NCBI RefSeq assembly: GCF_003428155.1
Contig: NZ_QLIR01000001.1
Coordinates: 120,001-152,000, forward strand
Origin: Fastidiosibacter lacustris
Lineage (GTDB): Bacteria; Pseudomonadota; Gammaproteobacteria; Francisellales; Francisellaceae
Length of the DNA: 32,000 nt
Direction of reading: 5' to 3'
Shown: one piece after another, positions 17,863 through 24,907 of the stretch
Layout of the letters: every line of letters starts with the position of its first letter
How positions within the stretch are numbered: the first letter of the stretch is position 1
Notes under the pieces: model-generated
Databases searched by the model: none
What the model saw: only the letters and a program-made list of their open reading frames with translations
Told to the model about the DNA's origin: nothing
Made by a program: the position numbers and the translations under genes

Positions 17863-19197
17863 ATGACTTCGTTTCGCTTTATATACATATGTAAATGGGA
17901 AAAATGCCTAAAAAACGAAATCAATGGCGAAGTTAAAAGGGGCTGGGGTTTGGAAAATAAGATTGAATATTTAGGCGTTGATGACTTAATGCCATACAAA
18001 AATAACGCACGCACACACAGTGAAAGTCAAATCAAAAAGATTGCTGCAAGCATGAAAGAGTTTAGCTTTATAGCACCAGTTGTTATTAACGATGAAAATA
18101 TGATTTTGGCTGGTCATGGTCGTCTAATTGCGGCAAAACAGATAGGGTTGCAAAGAGTCCCTGTCGTGCGTGTTGTGCATTTAACTCAGGCACAGCAGCG
18201 TGCTTATATATTGGCAGATAATCGCATTGCCGATGATGCAGGGTGGGATGATGAGCTATTAAAAATTGAGCTTAGTGAGCTCAATGAGCTCGAGTTTGAT
18301 TTAGCGATTACTGGTTTTGAAGATGAAGAGTTAAACAATCTTATTTTTGAAGATGAAGAAGATGCATTTTTAACAGATGAGGACGATTGCCCAGATGCTA
18401 ATGATGTCCATATTGTTACAGTTAAAGGTGACATTTGGCAGATTGGTGAGCATAAATTATTGTGTGGTGACAGCACAATTTTGGGTGACGTAGAAAAATT
18501 AATGGATGGGGAACAAGCAGATTTACTGATTACTGACCCTCCTTATAATGTGAATTATGAGGGTAAGACATCAAAAAAACTTAAAATACAAAATGACTCA
18601 ATGAGTGAAACAGCCTTTAGACAGTTTTTAAGCGATGCTTATAGCAATGCTAATGTTGTAATGAAAAGCGGGGCTGTTTTTTATATCTGGCATGCTGCAT
18701 CAGAGAGTTACAACTTTTATGGGGCAGCAATAGATGTTGGTTGGGATATTAAGCAGTCCTTAATCTGGTCTAAAAACAATATTGTACTTGGGCGGCAGGA
18801 TTATCATTGGAAACATGAGCCATGTTTATATGGTTGGAAAAGTGGAAAGCATTACTGGGGAAGCGATAGAAAGCAGACGACCATACTTGAGTTTAACAAA
18901 CCTGTACGCAACGCGGAGCACCCGACCATGAAACCAGTCGATTTGATACAATACCAAATCGAAAACAGTAGCCGAAAAAATGAAATTGTGCTCGACTTAT
19001 TTGGTGGGTCTGGGACGACGCTTATTGCTGCTGAAAAAACATCAAGAAAAGCAAGATTAATTGAGCTTGATACGAAGTATTGCGATGTAATTGTTAAACG
19101 TTGGCAAAATTTGACAGGCAAAGAAGCAATACATCTGGAATCTGGCAAAACTTTTAATCAATTACTCAATGCAGCAGATGAGAAAATAAGCGCATGA
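17863..19197 (+). CDS. ParB-like nuclease domain fused to an N6/N4 DNA methyltransferase
   Basis: N-terminus is LMPYKNNARTHSESQIKKIAASMKEFSFIAPVVINDENMILAGHGRLIAAKQIG (ParB/Srx fold). The methyltransferase motifs are ITDPPYNVNY and DLFGGSGTT. The true start may be the in-frame TTG at 17950, after AAAGGGG. Confidence 0.85.
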   Translation: MTSFRFIYICKWEKCLKNEINGEVKRGWGLENKIEYLGVDDLMPYKNNARTHSESQIKKIAASMKEFSFIAPVVINDENMILAGHGRLIAAKQIGLQRVPVVRVVHLTQAQQRAYILADNRIADDAGWDDELLKIELSELNELEFDLAITGFEDEELNNLIFEDEEDAFLTDEDDCPDANDVHIVTVKGDIWQIGEHKLLCGDSTILGDVEKLMDGEQADLLITDPPYNVNYEGKTSKKLKIQNDSMSETAFRQFLSDAYSNANVVMKSGAVFYIWHAASESYNFYGAAIDVGWDIKQSLIWSKNNIVLGRQDYHWKHEPCLYGWKSGKHYWGSDRKQTTILEFNKPVRNAEHPTMKPVDLIQYQIENSSRKNEIVLDLFGGSGTTLIAAEKTSRKARLIELDTKYCDVIVKRWQNLTGKEAIHLESGKTFNQLLNAADEKISA

Positions 19198-19198
19198 T

Positions 19199-19711
19199 AT
19201 GGCGGCAAACATTGTCACCGCGAGAGTCCTTGCAAAATTACTAAAGTTATCAGAACGAAGAGTTCAGCAACTTGTTAAAGAAGGAGTTTTGACAAAAGAA
19301 AAAAATGGACAGTATCCGATGATTGAAAATATTCATCGTTATATTGATTACATTGGTGTGCGAGCAAAGAACGATGACAGTGATATTGATTTAAATGTGG
19401 CATTGAAGGAAGAAAAATTGCGATTGATAAAAGCCCAAGCCGATAACGAAGAAATCAAAGCGCGGCTTGCATCAAACAAAGCAATCGATGCCGAGCAGTT
19501 AGAGCATGCGTTAGCAGAAGTGTTAGGTATGATGCGCAACAAGTTACTCAGTATTCCCGAACGTGTTGAAACCACGTTAGTGGGCGAAACTGATAAAGAC
19601 GTATTCAAAAAAATCCTCACTGCCGAGCTTAAAGATGCGATGTATGCCGCATGCGATGGTGTTGACGATACATTAGATAAATTAACAATAGGAGAACAGA
19701 GCAATGATTAA
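19199..19711 (+). CDS. Terminase small subunit (Nu1-like: N-terminal HTH plus coiled coil)
   Basis: ARVLAKLLKLSERRVQQLVKEGVL....YPMIENIHRYIDY resembles lambda Nu1 architecture. It lies immediately upstream of the GpA-family large subunit. Confidence 0.65.
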   Translation: MAANIVTARVLAKLLKLSERRVQQLVKEGVLTKEKNGQYPMIENIHRYIDYIGVRAKNDDSDIDLNVALKEEKLRLIKAQADNEEIKARLASNKAIDAEQLEHALAEVLGMMRNKLLSIPERVETTLVGETDKDVFKKILTAELKDAMYAACDGVDDTLDKLTIGEQSND

Positions 19712-20027
19712 TATGATTGATATGAATGAAGAAAATGACTTGATCCCAAACACTGCCCAAATAAAAGAACGAGCGTATGTTGATGCGTTGCATCTTTCTG
19801 GCTTAAGGTATGCGTCCCTTAGTGAGCAACTATATACGACAACAACTAAATTTGCAGAGCTATTTAGATCAATATTATCTGAAAAAGACGCTGATAGAGA
19901 GATTCTAGTGGACTATGTTGAAACGCTGCCGCGAGATGTTGCCGTGATGATTATTGGTGATTTGCTTGTGAAAGAAGATATTACACACGATGAATACCAA
20001 AATCTTGAAAGTATTATTTTTGACTAA
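19704..20027 (+). CDS. Hypothetical protein between the terminase subunits
   Basis: 107-aa acidic ORF overlapping both neighbours. Confidence 0.45.
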   Translation: MINMIDMNEENDLIPNTAQIKERAYVDALHLSGLRYASLSEQLYTTTTKFAELFRSILSEKDADREILVDYVETLPRDVAVMIIGDLLVKEDITHDEYQNLESIIFD

Positions 20028-21831
20028 CGTGCTATCTAAACTAATCAAACAAACCTTTGAGCAGCACTTCAAGCCCGTTAAAGACCTGGGGATAAGCGAT
20101 TGGTCAGAATCGCATGTGTACTTACCTGCGGGGACCTCAGCAGTGCCAGGCAGGTGGCGCACGATTGCCTATCAAAAAGGCGTGTTTGAAGCGATTGAAT
20201 CTCCAAAAACCAACAAGATTACGCTGATGTTCGGGGCACAATTGGGCAAAACATCAATTTTAAACAACAGCCTTGGCTACTATATTCAGCATCAACCCGA
20301 GTCGCAGATTGTGATGCAGCCGTCTGAATCAGATGTTAAAACGTGGTTAGAAACTAAGTTTAACCCGATGGTGGATAATTGCCCAAGCATCCGTGATTGC
20401 TTGGCAAAGCCACGCGGGCGTGAGGGAGTCAATAACCAAAAGATGAAGTCTTATCACGGTGGTTTTTTAATGCTTTCTTGGTCTGGGTCCCCCAACACCA
20501 TGCGAGGTCGTTCAGCACCTAAGATTTATGCCGATGAGGTGGACGGTTATGAACGCACCAGCGAGGGGCATCCAGTTAATTTGTTATGGCAACGTGCGGC
20601 AACCTTTGGCAGTAAGCGTAAGCTATTAATCACGAGCACACCCACGCACAAAGGTGCATCTTTTGTTGAGATGAGTTATCTGTCAGGCGATCAGCGTCAA
20701 TACTATGTACCTTGCCCGCATTGTGAGGAATATCAGGTGTTGCAGTGGAAAAACGTCACTTGGCATAGTGACAAAGGCAAGCATGACACACAAAGCGCGT
20801 ATTATACGTGTGAGCACTGTGGCAGCTTAATCAACGATGGACAGAAACTTGCAATGATACGTAAAGGTGAATGGCAGGCAAGAATGCCATTTAATGGACA
20901 TGCAAGCTTTCATTTAAATGAGTTATACAGTCCATTTAGAACCTTTGCTGATATTGTGCAATCGTTTTTGGAGAAGAAACAAACAGGTGATTTAAAAACC
21001 TTTGTCAATGTATCCCTTGCTGAAACGTGGGAGGAAGAAGGTGAGCAGGTCGAAGCAGGCAGTTTACTTGCCCGTGTTGAGCATTGGGAGGTATTACCAG
21101 AGGGAATCGTGTTAATCACTGCAGGTATTGATGTGCAGCAGGATAGAATTGAGCTCCAAGCAGTTGGCTGGGGAGTGGATGAAGAAAGCTGGGTGATTGA
21201 TTATAAAATCTTTCACGGCGAGACAAGTGAGGATGAGGTTTGGCGCGAGTTGACGCAATACCTCCTGCATAAGCGTTATCAGCATGAGTCTGGGAAACAG
21301 CTGCCAATTGCCTTTGCCTGTTTAGATACTGGCGGCACCAATAACATGACCTCTAAGGCGTACGATTATGTCAGACGCAGTCGCATTGGCTTACCCTTTG
21401 CGATTAAAGGGCGTGGTGGTGAGTATCCGTTTGTTGCCGCCCCCAATCGCAAGAGGGTGCCCAATAAAAAGGCATTTGACCTGTACATGATTGGCACCGA
21501 TGAAGGTAAAAGTATTTTATACAATCGCTTGAAGCTTGAAGAAGAGAAGGGTGCCAGCGTCATCCACTTTGACGCTAATGTATGTGATGCCCGTTACTTT
21601 GGACAATTAACCGCTGAGAAGCGTCTCTTACGCTATCAAAAAGGTTTCCCAAAATATGAATGGCATAACGTTGCCGCTGATAAGCGTAATGAGGCATTGG
21701 ATACTTATATCTATGCTCTAGCGGCATTAAGGATTACTAATATTGATTTGAGCTTAAAGCGGCAGCAGCTAAAGCAGGAAGCAAAAACAAAACCGCAAAA
21801 AATAGCAAACAACAAAAGTTTTAAACTTTGA
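19990..21831 (+). CDS. Terminase large subunit, lambda GpA family
   Basis: ISDWSESHVYLPAGTSAVPGRWRTIAYQKGVFEAI... then Walker A LMFGAQLGKTS, a CPHC...CEHCG zinc motif and the C-terminal nuclease region. The start could also be the GTG at 20029. Confidence 0.9.
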   Translation: MNTKILKVLFLTNVLSKLIKQTFEQHFKPVKDLGISDWSESHVYLPAGTSAVPGRWRTIAYQKGVFEAIESPKTNKITLMFGAQLGKTSILNNSLGYYIQHQPESQIVMQPSESDVKTWLETKFNPMVDNCPSIRDCLAKPRGREGVNNQKMKSYHGGFLMLSWSGSPNTMRGRSAPKIYADEVDGYERTSEGHPVNLLWQRAATFGSKRKLLITSTPTHKGASFVEMSYLSGDQRQYYVPCPHCEEYQVLQWKNVTWHSDKGKHDTQSAYYTCEHCGSLINDGQKLAMIRKGEWQARMPFNGHASFHLNELYSPFRTFADIVQSFLEKKQTGDLKTFVNVSLAETWEEEGEQVEAGSLLARVEHWEVLPEGIVLITAGIDVQQDRIELQAVGWGVDEESWVIDYKIFHGETSEDEVWRELTQYLLHKRYQHESGKQLPIAFACLDTGGTNNMTSKAYDYVRRSRIGLPFAIKGRGGEYPFVAAPNRKRVPNKKAFDLYMIGTDEGKSILYNRLKLEEEKGASVIHFDANVCDARYFGQLTAEKRLLRYQKGFPKYEWHNVAADKRNEALDTYIYALAALRITNIDLSLKRQQLKQEAKTKPQKIANNKSFKL

Positions 21832-21864
21832 TTTTTCTGTCGGTGTGTAGCCATTAGTCACCTG

Positions 21865-22209
21865 TTATGCTATTTCTTTTAGAGCGCTAACTGAGATTAA
21901 TTTTTGTACATCTCTACCAATCCAAACGCAGTCATCTCCTTTTAAATATTCCGCTCCTGCATGAGCTTTTGCATCATGCCAACTGATATTATGGATAATA
22001 AATAGCTGGGCTATTTGTTTTGCTGTCATGGACTCTAATACATCATGATCAACATGTGTAAAAATAGCTTTTTCAATGTGATCTTGTTGAGAGGGAGTTG
22101 GGTTAATCTTTGAGATATGCCAAGCTCTATCTATTTTTCTCCGGCGCATAGTTTTTGTCCTTAAACCAGTTATGTGATTTATATTGCCAACGACAACGGT
22201 AGCAAACAT
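21865..22209 (-). CDS. Hypothetical protein (first gene of the antisense island; likely start is the ATG at 22149)
   Basis: Minus-strand ORF convergent with terL. AAGGA lies 8 nt before the internal ATG, giving MRRRKIDRAWHISKINP... No family recognised. Confidence 0.45.
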   Translation of the reverse strand: MFATVVVGNINHITGLRTKTMRRRKIDRAWHISKINPTPSQQDHIEKAIFTHVDHDVLESMTAKQIAQLFIIHNISWHDAKAHAGAEYLKGDDCVWIGRDVQKLISVSALKEIA

Positions 22210-22264
22210 CTTTTTTAATAAATAACAATTACTTATTAAAATCTTTAATAAAAAACAATTACTT

Positions 22265-22442
22265 ATTAAAAACCACGCTGTTTATTAAAACAGCGACTTA
22301 TATTAAATTTTGATAACAAACAAAAGTTTCAATCCAACGCTATTTAAATATTTTAAATAGCGACTAATATTTTCTTTATATTAAATTTTAATAACAAATA
22401 AAAGTTTCAATCCAACACTATATTAACTGTTAATATAGCGAC
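22265..22442 (-). CRISPR. Orphan phage-borne mini-array of type I-C-like CRISPR repeat units (2 full units plus 1 degenerate terminal unit)
   Basis: Read on the minus strand. Unit B is GTCGCTATATTAACAGTTAATATAGTGTTGGATTGAAAC (22442-22404), followed by a 39-nt spacer-like segment. Unit A is GTCGCTATTTAAAATATTTAAATAGCGTTGGATTGAAAC (22364-22326), followed by a 28-nt spacer-like segment. The degenerate unit is GTCGCTGTTTTAATAAACAGCGTGGTTTTTAAT (22297-22265). The flanks match the I-C repeat pattern GTCGC...GCGTGGATTGAAAC. Confidence 0.5.
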
Positions 22443-22511
22443 CAAATCATTAAACATTATTTATTTTTTTTTGCAAGTTTTTTTTAGCCTTTCGGTGCTA
22501 TTGTAACTATT

Positions 22512-22781
22512 TTAGAACCGACGTAGATCATTCCATGCTGCCTCGATGATTCGCTTAACAGTTTCGTACATTAAATTACTATCTTTACCCTGATAGCCAA
22601 ACGAATTAACAAAGGTTGAAAAGGTAAGCTCATCTCCTGTCTTAGTTGACCATTTGCTAAAGGCATGCGCAATAGCAATTGCTTTGCTCTGAAATGCTTT
22701 CGCTGCATCATATTGTGCTAGTTTTTCACGCCGCGATTGAATTATTTCTATTTCATCTTGTGTCAATTCATTGATTTTCAT
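22512..22781 (-). CDS. Hypothetical 89-aa protein (copy 1; identical to 30924..31193)
   Basis: The translation is identical in both cassettes. It lies downstream of the 107-aa ORF under the repeated promoter. No family recognised. Confidence 0.6.
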   Translation of the reverse strand: MKINELTQDEIEIIQSRREKLAQYDAAKAFQSKAIAIAHAFSKWSTKTGDELTFSTFVNSFGYQGKDSNLMYETVKRIIEAAWNDLRRF

Positions 22782-22793
22782 ATTTTTCTACTC

Positions 22794-23118
22794 TTATCCC
22801 CAAATCATCTTGTGCTCCAATTTGTCAACATACTTAATAGACACGGCAAGTTTTAAAATTTCCCTAAGCGCATCTCTTTCTGTGAGGCACCATTCATGTC
22901 TGTCTCGCACTGTAGGCATGACATTAATACCTGCATAATCCCCGCCAACAAACTCGGCTACCCATTGCTCTGGGTAATCGTATAGTTTGGCTGGGAATAA
23001 TCCAAAAGCAGGGACATCATCTTGATTGTCTTTAAGTTTGACTAATCTAATCACTCCAAAAAAAAGTTTCGATTTCTTTCGTTTCGATTATTAGCTGCTC
23101 TTCAAATATTGTTCTCAT
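22794..23118 (-). pseudogene. Frameshifted copy of the 107-aa cassette protein (T8 instead of T7 on the coding strand)
   Basis: It shares the ATG (23118), Shine-Dalgarno and sequence of 31206..31529. The extra A at 23058-23065 (plus strand) shifts the frame after codon 20, giving ...ETFFWSD and a stop. The remaining 86 codons stay open behind a GTG. Confidence 0.7.
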
Positions 23119-23190
23119 TTTTTAACTCCTATTTTTATTGCCTGCTCACGTGAGGCTTTCCGCTACCAGGTCCGTCCTGGTATGTTTGTT

Positions 23191-23219
23191 ATTATATGGC
23201 GTTACGCCATGTAAAGCAA
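23191..23219 (-). promoter_or_regulatory. Strong sigma70-type promoter, copy 1 (TTGCTT-17 nt-TATAAT) with palindrome TGGCGTAACGCCA in the spacer
   Basis: On the minus strand, the -35 TTGCTT is at 23219-23214 and the -10 TATAAT at 23196-23191. The perfect 6-1-6 palindrome is at 23197-23209. An A/T-rich UP-like tract lies upstream. A roughly 65-nt leader with the hairpin TACCAGG-ACGGA-CCTGGTA runs before the GGAG Shine-Dalgarno. Confidence 0.7.
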
Positions 23220-23237
23220 GTGGTTTTTAAAAAAATA

Positions 23238-23486
23238 TTAAATATTTTTGAATAAAATTTTTATGAAATCATCATCCAAAGCCCTATCATTATTATGCAA
23301 GTACAACAATATCTGCTCGGCTAAATAAGATAGATTCATTTTCCCATTTTCCCATCGGTTTACATGTCTGCCTTTGCTGCGGTCGTGACCAAGCAATATA
23401 ACCTCAAGTTGCGTTTGATTTAATCCAAATTTTTTGCGCACGGATTTAACGAGCGCTGGAGTAGCTAATTGATTATTACTTTGCAT
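23238..23486 (-). CDS. Small XRE-family HTH protein (Aca-like regulator or antitoxin candidate)
   Basis: MQSNNQLATPALVKSVRKKFGLNQTQLEVILLGHDRSKGRHVNRWENGKMNLS is an XRE-type HTH. Its ATG follows the stop of the upstream ORF within TAATATG. The track start at 23501 lies inside the upstream gene. Confidence 0.7.
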   Translation of the reverse strand: MQSNNQLATPALVKSVRKKFGLNQTQLEVILLGHDRSKGRHVNRWENGKMNLSYLAEQILLYLHNNDRALDDDFIKILFKNI

Positions 23487-23487
23487 A

Positions 23488-24033
23488 TTAAACAACCTCA
23501 AGTTGTGGTTTGTCAGTTATCCATGTCCAGGCAATGCAACGCTCAAAATCGGCAAGCCACAAAAATGCATCAAGATACAACGCTCCACAGTCATGTATAA
23601 CCGTTGTGATCGACGGAGCATTAGGTATTTGCTGCGCGTTTACTTTTGCTGTCAAAAATCTAAAATGCTCTTTAATCAACATCCACGCTCGCACTGCTTG
23701 CCTTGATCTTTGGACTATATAGCTTGTTGTCAGTGGGATGCCAGCACTACTTGCCTGAGCTTGCTCATGAGGAGCGGCAGGACCATAAACAGTAACAATT
23801 AATACACTGTGATCTGTTAGTATTTTTGCAGAGTAGTGTGCTAAATCGGGGACAGGCAGAGGCTGTGCGATACGAGAGTCAATACACTTTTTGAGCCACG
23901 GTTTTAATAATTTTATTGTTTTATCGTTTATGGTGTCGCGATAGCATCTATCTTTATCACCAGTTGGCAAGGTTAAATGTGTTAGATAGTTATTGCTCAA
24001 TATTATCTCCTTTAATCTTGTTAATTTTATCAA
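23488..24033 (-). CDS. Hypothetical protein, translationally coupled to the HTH gene (likely start is the TTG at 24000 after AAGGAG)
   Basis: ORF with no in-frame ATG near its 5' end. A perfect AAGGAG lies 6 nt before the TTG at 24000-23998. No family recognised. Confidence 0.55.
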   Translation of the reverse strand: MIKLTRLKEIILSNNYLTHLTLPTGDKDRCYRDTINDKTIKLLKPWLKKCIDSRIAQPLPVPDLAHYSAKILTDHSVLIVTVYGPAAPHEQAQASSAGIPLTTSYIVQRSRQAVRAWMLIKEHFRFLTAKVNAQQIPNAPSITTVIHDCGALYLDAFLWLADFERCIAWTWITDKPQLEVV

Positions 24034-24107
24034 TCATTCCAATTTCTCTTGTGGTTGATACATACTAAAAAACTTGCAAAAAAAAATAAATAATGTTTAA
24101 TGATTTG

Positions 24108-24177
24108 GTCGCTATATTAACTGTTATTAATATAGTGTTGGATTGAAACTTTCGTTTGTTATTAAAATTTTAACATA
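24108..24177 (+). CRISPR. Solitary type I-C-like CRISPR repeat unit plus conserved spacer-like segment, in inverted orientation relative to the other two loci
   Basis: Plus strand GTCGCTATATTAACTGTTATTAATATAGTGTTGGATTGAAAC (24108-24149) followed by TTTCGTTTGTTATTAAAATTTTAACATA. Flanking sequence from 24066 is the reverse complement of about 22376-22487. Confidence 0.5.
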
Positions 24178-24225
24178 TTCGCCTATGTATGTTGTGTGCT
24201 GGCATACCCAGCACTATGATACGTA

Positions 24226-24684
24226 TTATTTATTTTTGTATATCTCAAGCGCCTTGCCCTCTAGGTACCTATATGTTTTGAGCAGGCTAGCAAAACTATC
24301 TTTTGCATCAATCCAAGTCTTGCTATTAGGAGCATTTATCAGATCGTCAATTGCTTGCAGTGCACACTCTAGCCTAGATTGCTGCTCTCGATCCTCAGCT
24401 TTTGCATAAGTCTCGTCCACTTGCTCTTTTACCTTTTTGATGTGTTGGATTGCATTGGCGCGTATTGCGTTTGCCCAATCTATTTGCTTAGGGGACCCGC
24501 TTAATTGGACTAGAGTTGCATTTGTGGTATTTATTTTGTCTTGTTTTGCTTTGTCCTTGCAGTCAGAGCAAATTAGCTCTGCTAACCATGCGGCTTTGTG
24601 CTCCCTCTCGTTACGCACATTTGTACCGGTGATGTTATGCTCTTTGGTATGTCCGCATGCGTGTGTCACTGTATAATTAGCCAT
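24226..24684 (-). CDS. Hypothetical 152-aa protein with an N-terminal CxH...CxxC zinc-ribbon-like motif
   Basis: MANYTVTHACGHTKEH...LICSDCKDK..., then LSGSPKQIDWANAIRANAI. It is driven by promoter copy 2. No confident family assignment. Confidence 0.6.
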   Translation of the reverse strand: MANYTVTHACGHTKEHNITGTNVRNEREHKAAWLAELICSDCKDKAKQDKINTTNATLVQLSGSPKQIDWANAIRANAIQHIKKVKEQVDETYAKAEDREQQSRLECALQAIDDLINAPNSKTWIDAKDSFASLLKTYRYLEGKALEIYKNK

Positions 24685-24694
24685 TTTTTATTTC

Positions 24695-24907
24695 CTATTT
24701 TTATTGCCTGCTCACGTGAGGCTTTCCGCTACCAGGTCCGTCCTGGTATGTTTGTTATTATATGGCGTTACGCCATGTAAAGCAAGTGGTTTTTAAAAAA
24801 ATATTAAGTTTTTTTTGGATAATGATGGTTAGTAGTCAATCAAATAATCCCGCACAATCTTAACTCATATTTAGCCCCATTCTTGATCTATACCATCGGG
24901 GGAGGGG
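24695..24907 (-). repeat. Promoter/leader plus about 120-bp outer arm, near-identical to 31535-31750
   Basis: By-eye alignment is identical apart from a T8 (24809-24816) versus T7 (31554-31560) run. Identity ends at CCATCGGGGGAGGG, just before the start of the downstream plus-strand phage gene in both places. Confidence 0.85.
24757..24785 (-). promoter_or_regulatory. Strong sigma70-type promoter, copy 2 (drives the 152-aa ORF)
   Basis: Same TTGCTT-17-TATAAT arrangement, with -35 at 24785-24780, -10 at 24762-24757 and the palindrome at 24763-24775. Same leader, but the Shine-Dalgarno is GGAA instead of GGAG. Confidence 0.7.

Larger units (their letters stand above)
22251..23241 (-). repeat. 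Cassette copy 1, near-identical to 30742-31652
   Basis: By-eye alignment is identical except for an extra 78-bp hairpin unit (about 22298-22375), a few substitutions in the spacer-like segments, and A8 versus A7 at 23058-23065. Confidence 0.85.

Noticed and set aside
17684-17950. cos site or late promoter in the gap before the ParB-methylase gene
   Set aside because: This is plausible by position, since Nu1/GpA-type terminases use cos and there is no gap directly before the Nu1-like gene. However, I could not identify convincing cos or terminase-binding repeats by eye.
22265-22442. Canonical, host-type CRISPR array
   Set aside because: There are only 2-3 units. The spacer-like segments are nearly identical to each other while the hairpin stems differ, which is the reverse of a real array. 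Spacer lengths (39 and 28 nt) are irregular. No cas genes or typical leader are in the window. It is kept as 'CRISPR-like / repeat-mimic'.
23503-24780. Plus-strand ORFs in the island (23503..23706, 23510..23722, 24143..24409, 24437..24676, 24598..24780)
   Set aside because: They are antisense to better-supported minus-strand genes that have Shine-Dalgarno sites and promoters. Their translations are Cys/Leu-rich low-complexity, and one runs through the promoter repeat.
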